Shown in pieces: positions 31,988-32,000 of a stretch of 32,000 nt of DNA. The stretch lies in contig NC_013926.1 of the NCBI RefSeq assembly GCF_000025665.1, forward strand, positions 810,001 through 842,000, written 5' to 3'. The stretch comes from Aciduliprofundum boonei T469 (GTDB taxonomy: Archaea; Thermoplasmatota; Thermoplasmata; Thermoplasmatales; Aciduliprofundaceae). The position numbers were made by a program, and so were the translations under genes. Within the stretch, counting starts at the first letter, position 1. Every line of letters begins with the position of its first letter. Under the pieces are notes generated by a model that saw only the letters and a list, made by a program, of their open reading frames with translations, was not told where the DNA came from and did not search any database.

Positions 31988-32000
31988 CCTCTACCCTTTC

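Noticed and set aside
1-32000. Scan for CRISPR arrays, tRNA/rRNA genes, IS elements, integrases, and direct or terminal inverted repeats flanking the accessory-looking blocks
   Set aside because: Reading both strands revealed no regularly spaced repeats, cloverleaf-compatible GC-rich segments, transposase- or integrase-like ORFs, or flanking repeats. A tRNAscan/Infernal run would be needed for certainty.

Overview
AT-rich, very compact archaeal (euryarchaeal-type) chromosome segment, with GGAGGTGA-type Shine-Dalgarno sites, A/T-rich TATA boxes about 26 nt upstream of several first-gene ATGs, and archaeal informational genes. The organism cannot be named from the sequence alone; a thermophilic anaerobe is likely, because SOR, rubrerythrin and Prx resemble Thermococcales proteins. 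Layout, left to right. (1) 1-5438: a large IleRS-like/DUF835-like fusion protein, an AcnX (DUF521+DUF126) phosphomevalonate-dehydratase pair, and purH. (2) 5603-8851: an accessory-looking regulatory module with an orphan CheY-like receiver, a small exported protein carrying two copies of the motif DGPHPSEPGSW, and an abutting convergent wHTH-STAND ATPase-TPR protein. This is my best candidate for an undescribed system. (3) 9005-15928: mre11-rad50 followed by four tightly coupled genes (membrane protein, VanZ-like, TPR, PUA). (4) 15925-20759, minus strand: the conserved ftsZ-secE-spt5-rpl11-rpl1-rplP0-rpl12 cluster plus an unannotated 50-aa membrane ORF; Spt5 carries an unusual N-terminal extension of about 122 aa. 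(5) A Kef-type antiporter and a 378-bp structured intergenic region. (6) SDR, NUDIX, and an lrp-sfsA-racemase operon. (7) 25964-31987: an 11-gene co-directional oxygen/ROS detoxification island including a rubredoxin that the ORF track misses. By eye I found no rRNA, tRNA, CRISPR array, transposase or integrase. All functional calls rest on motif recognition by reading the translations; no database search was run.
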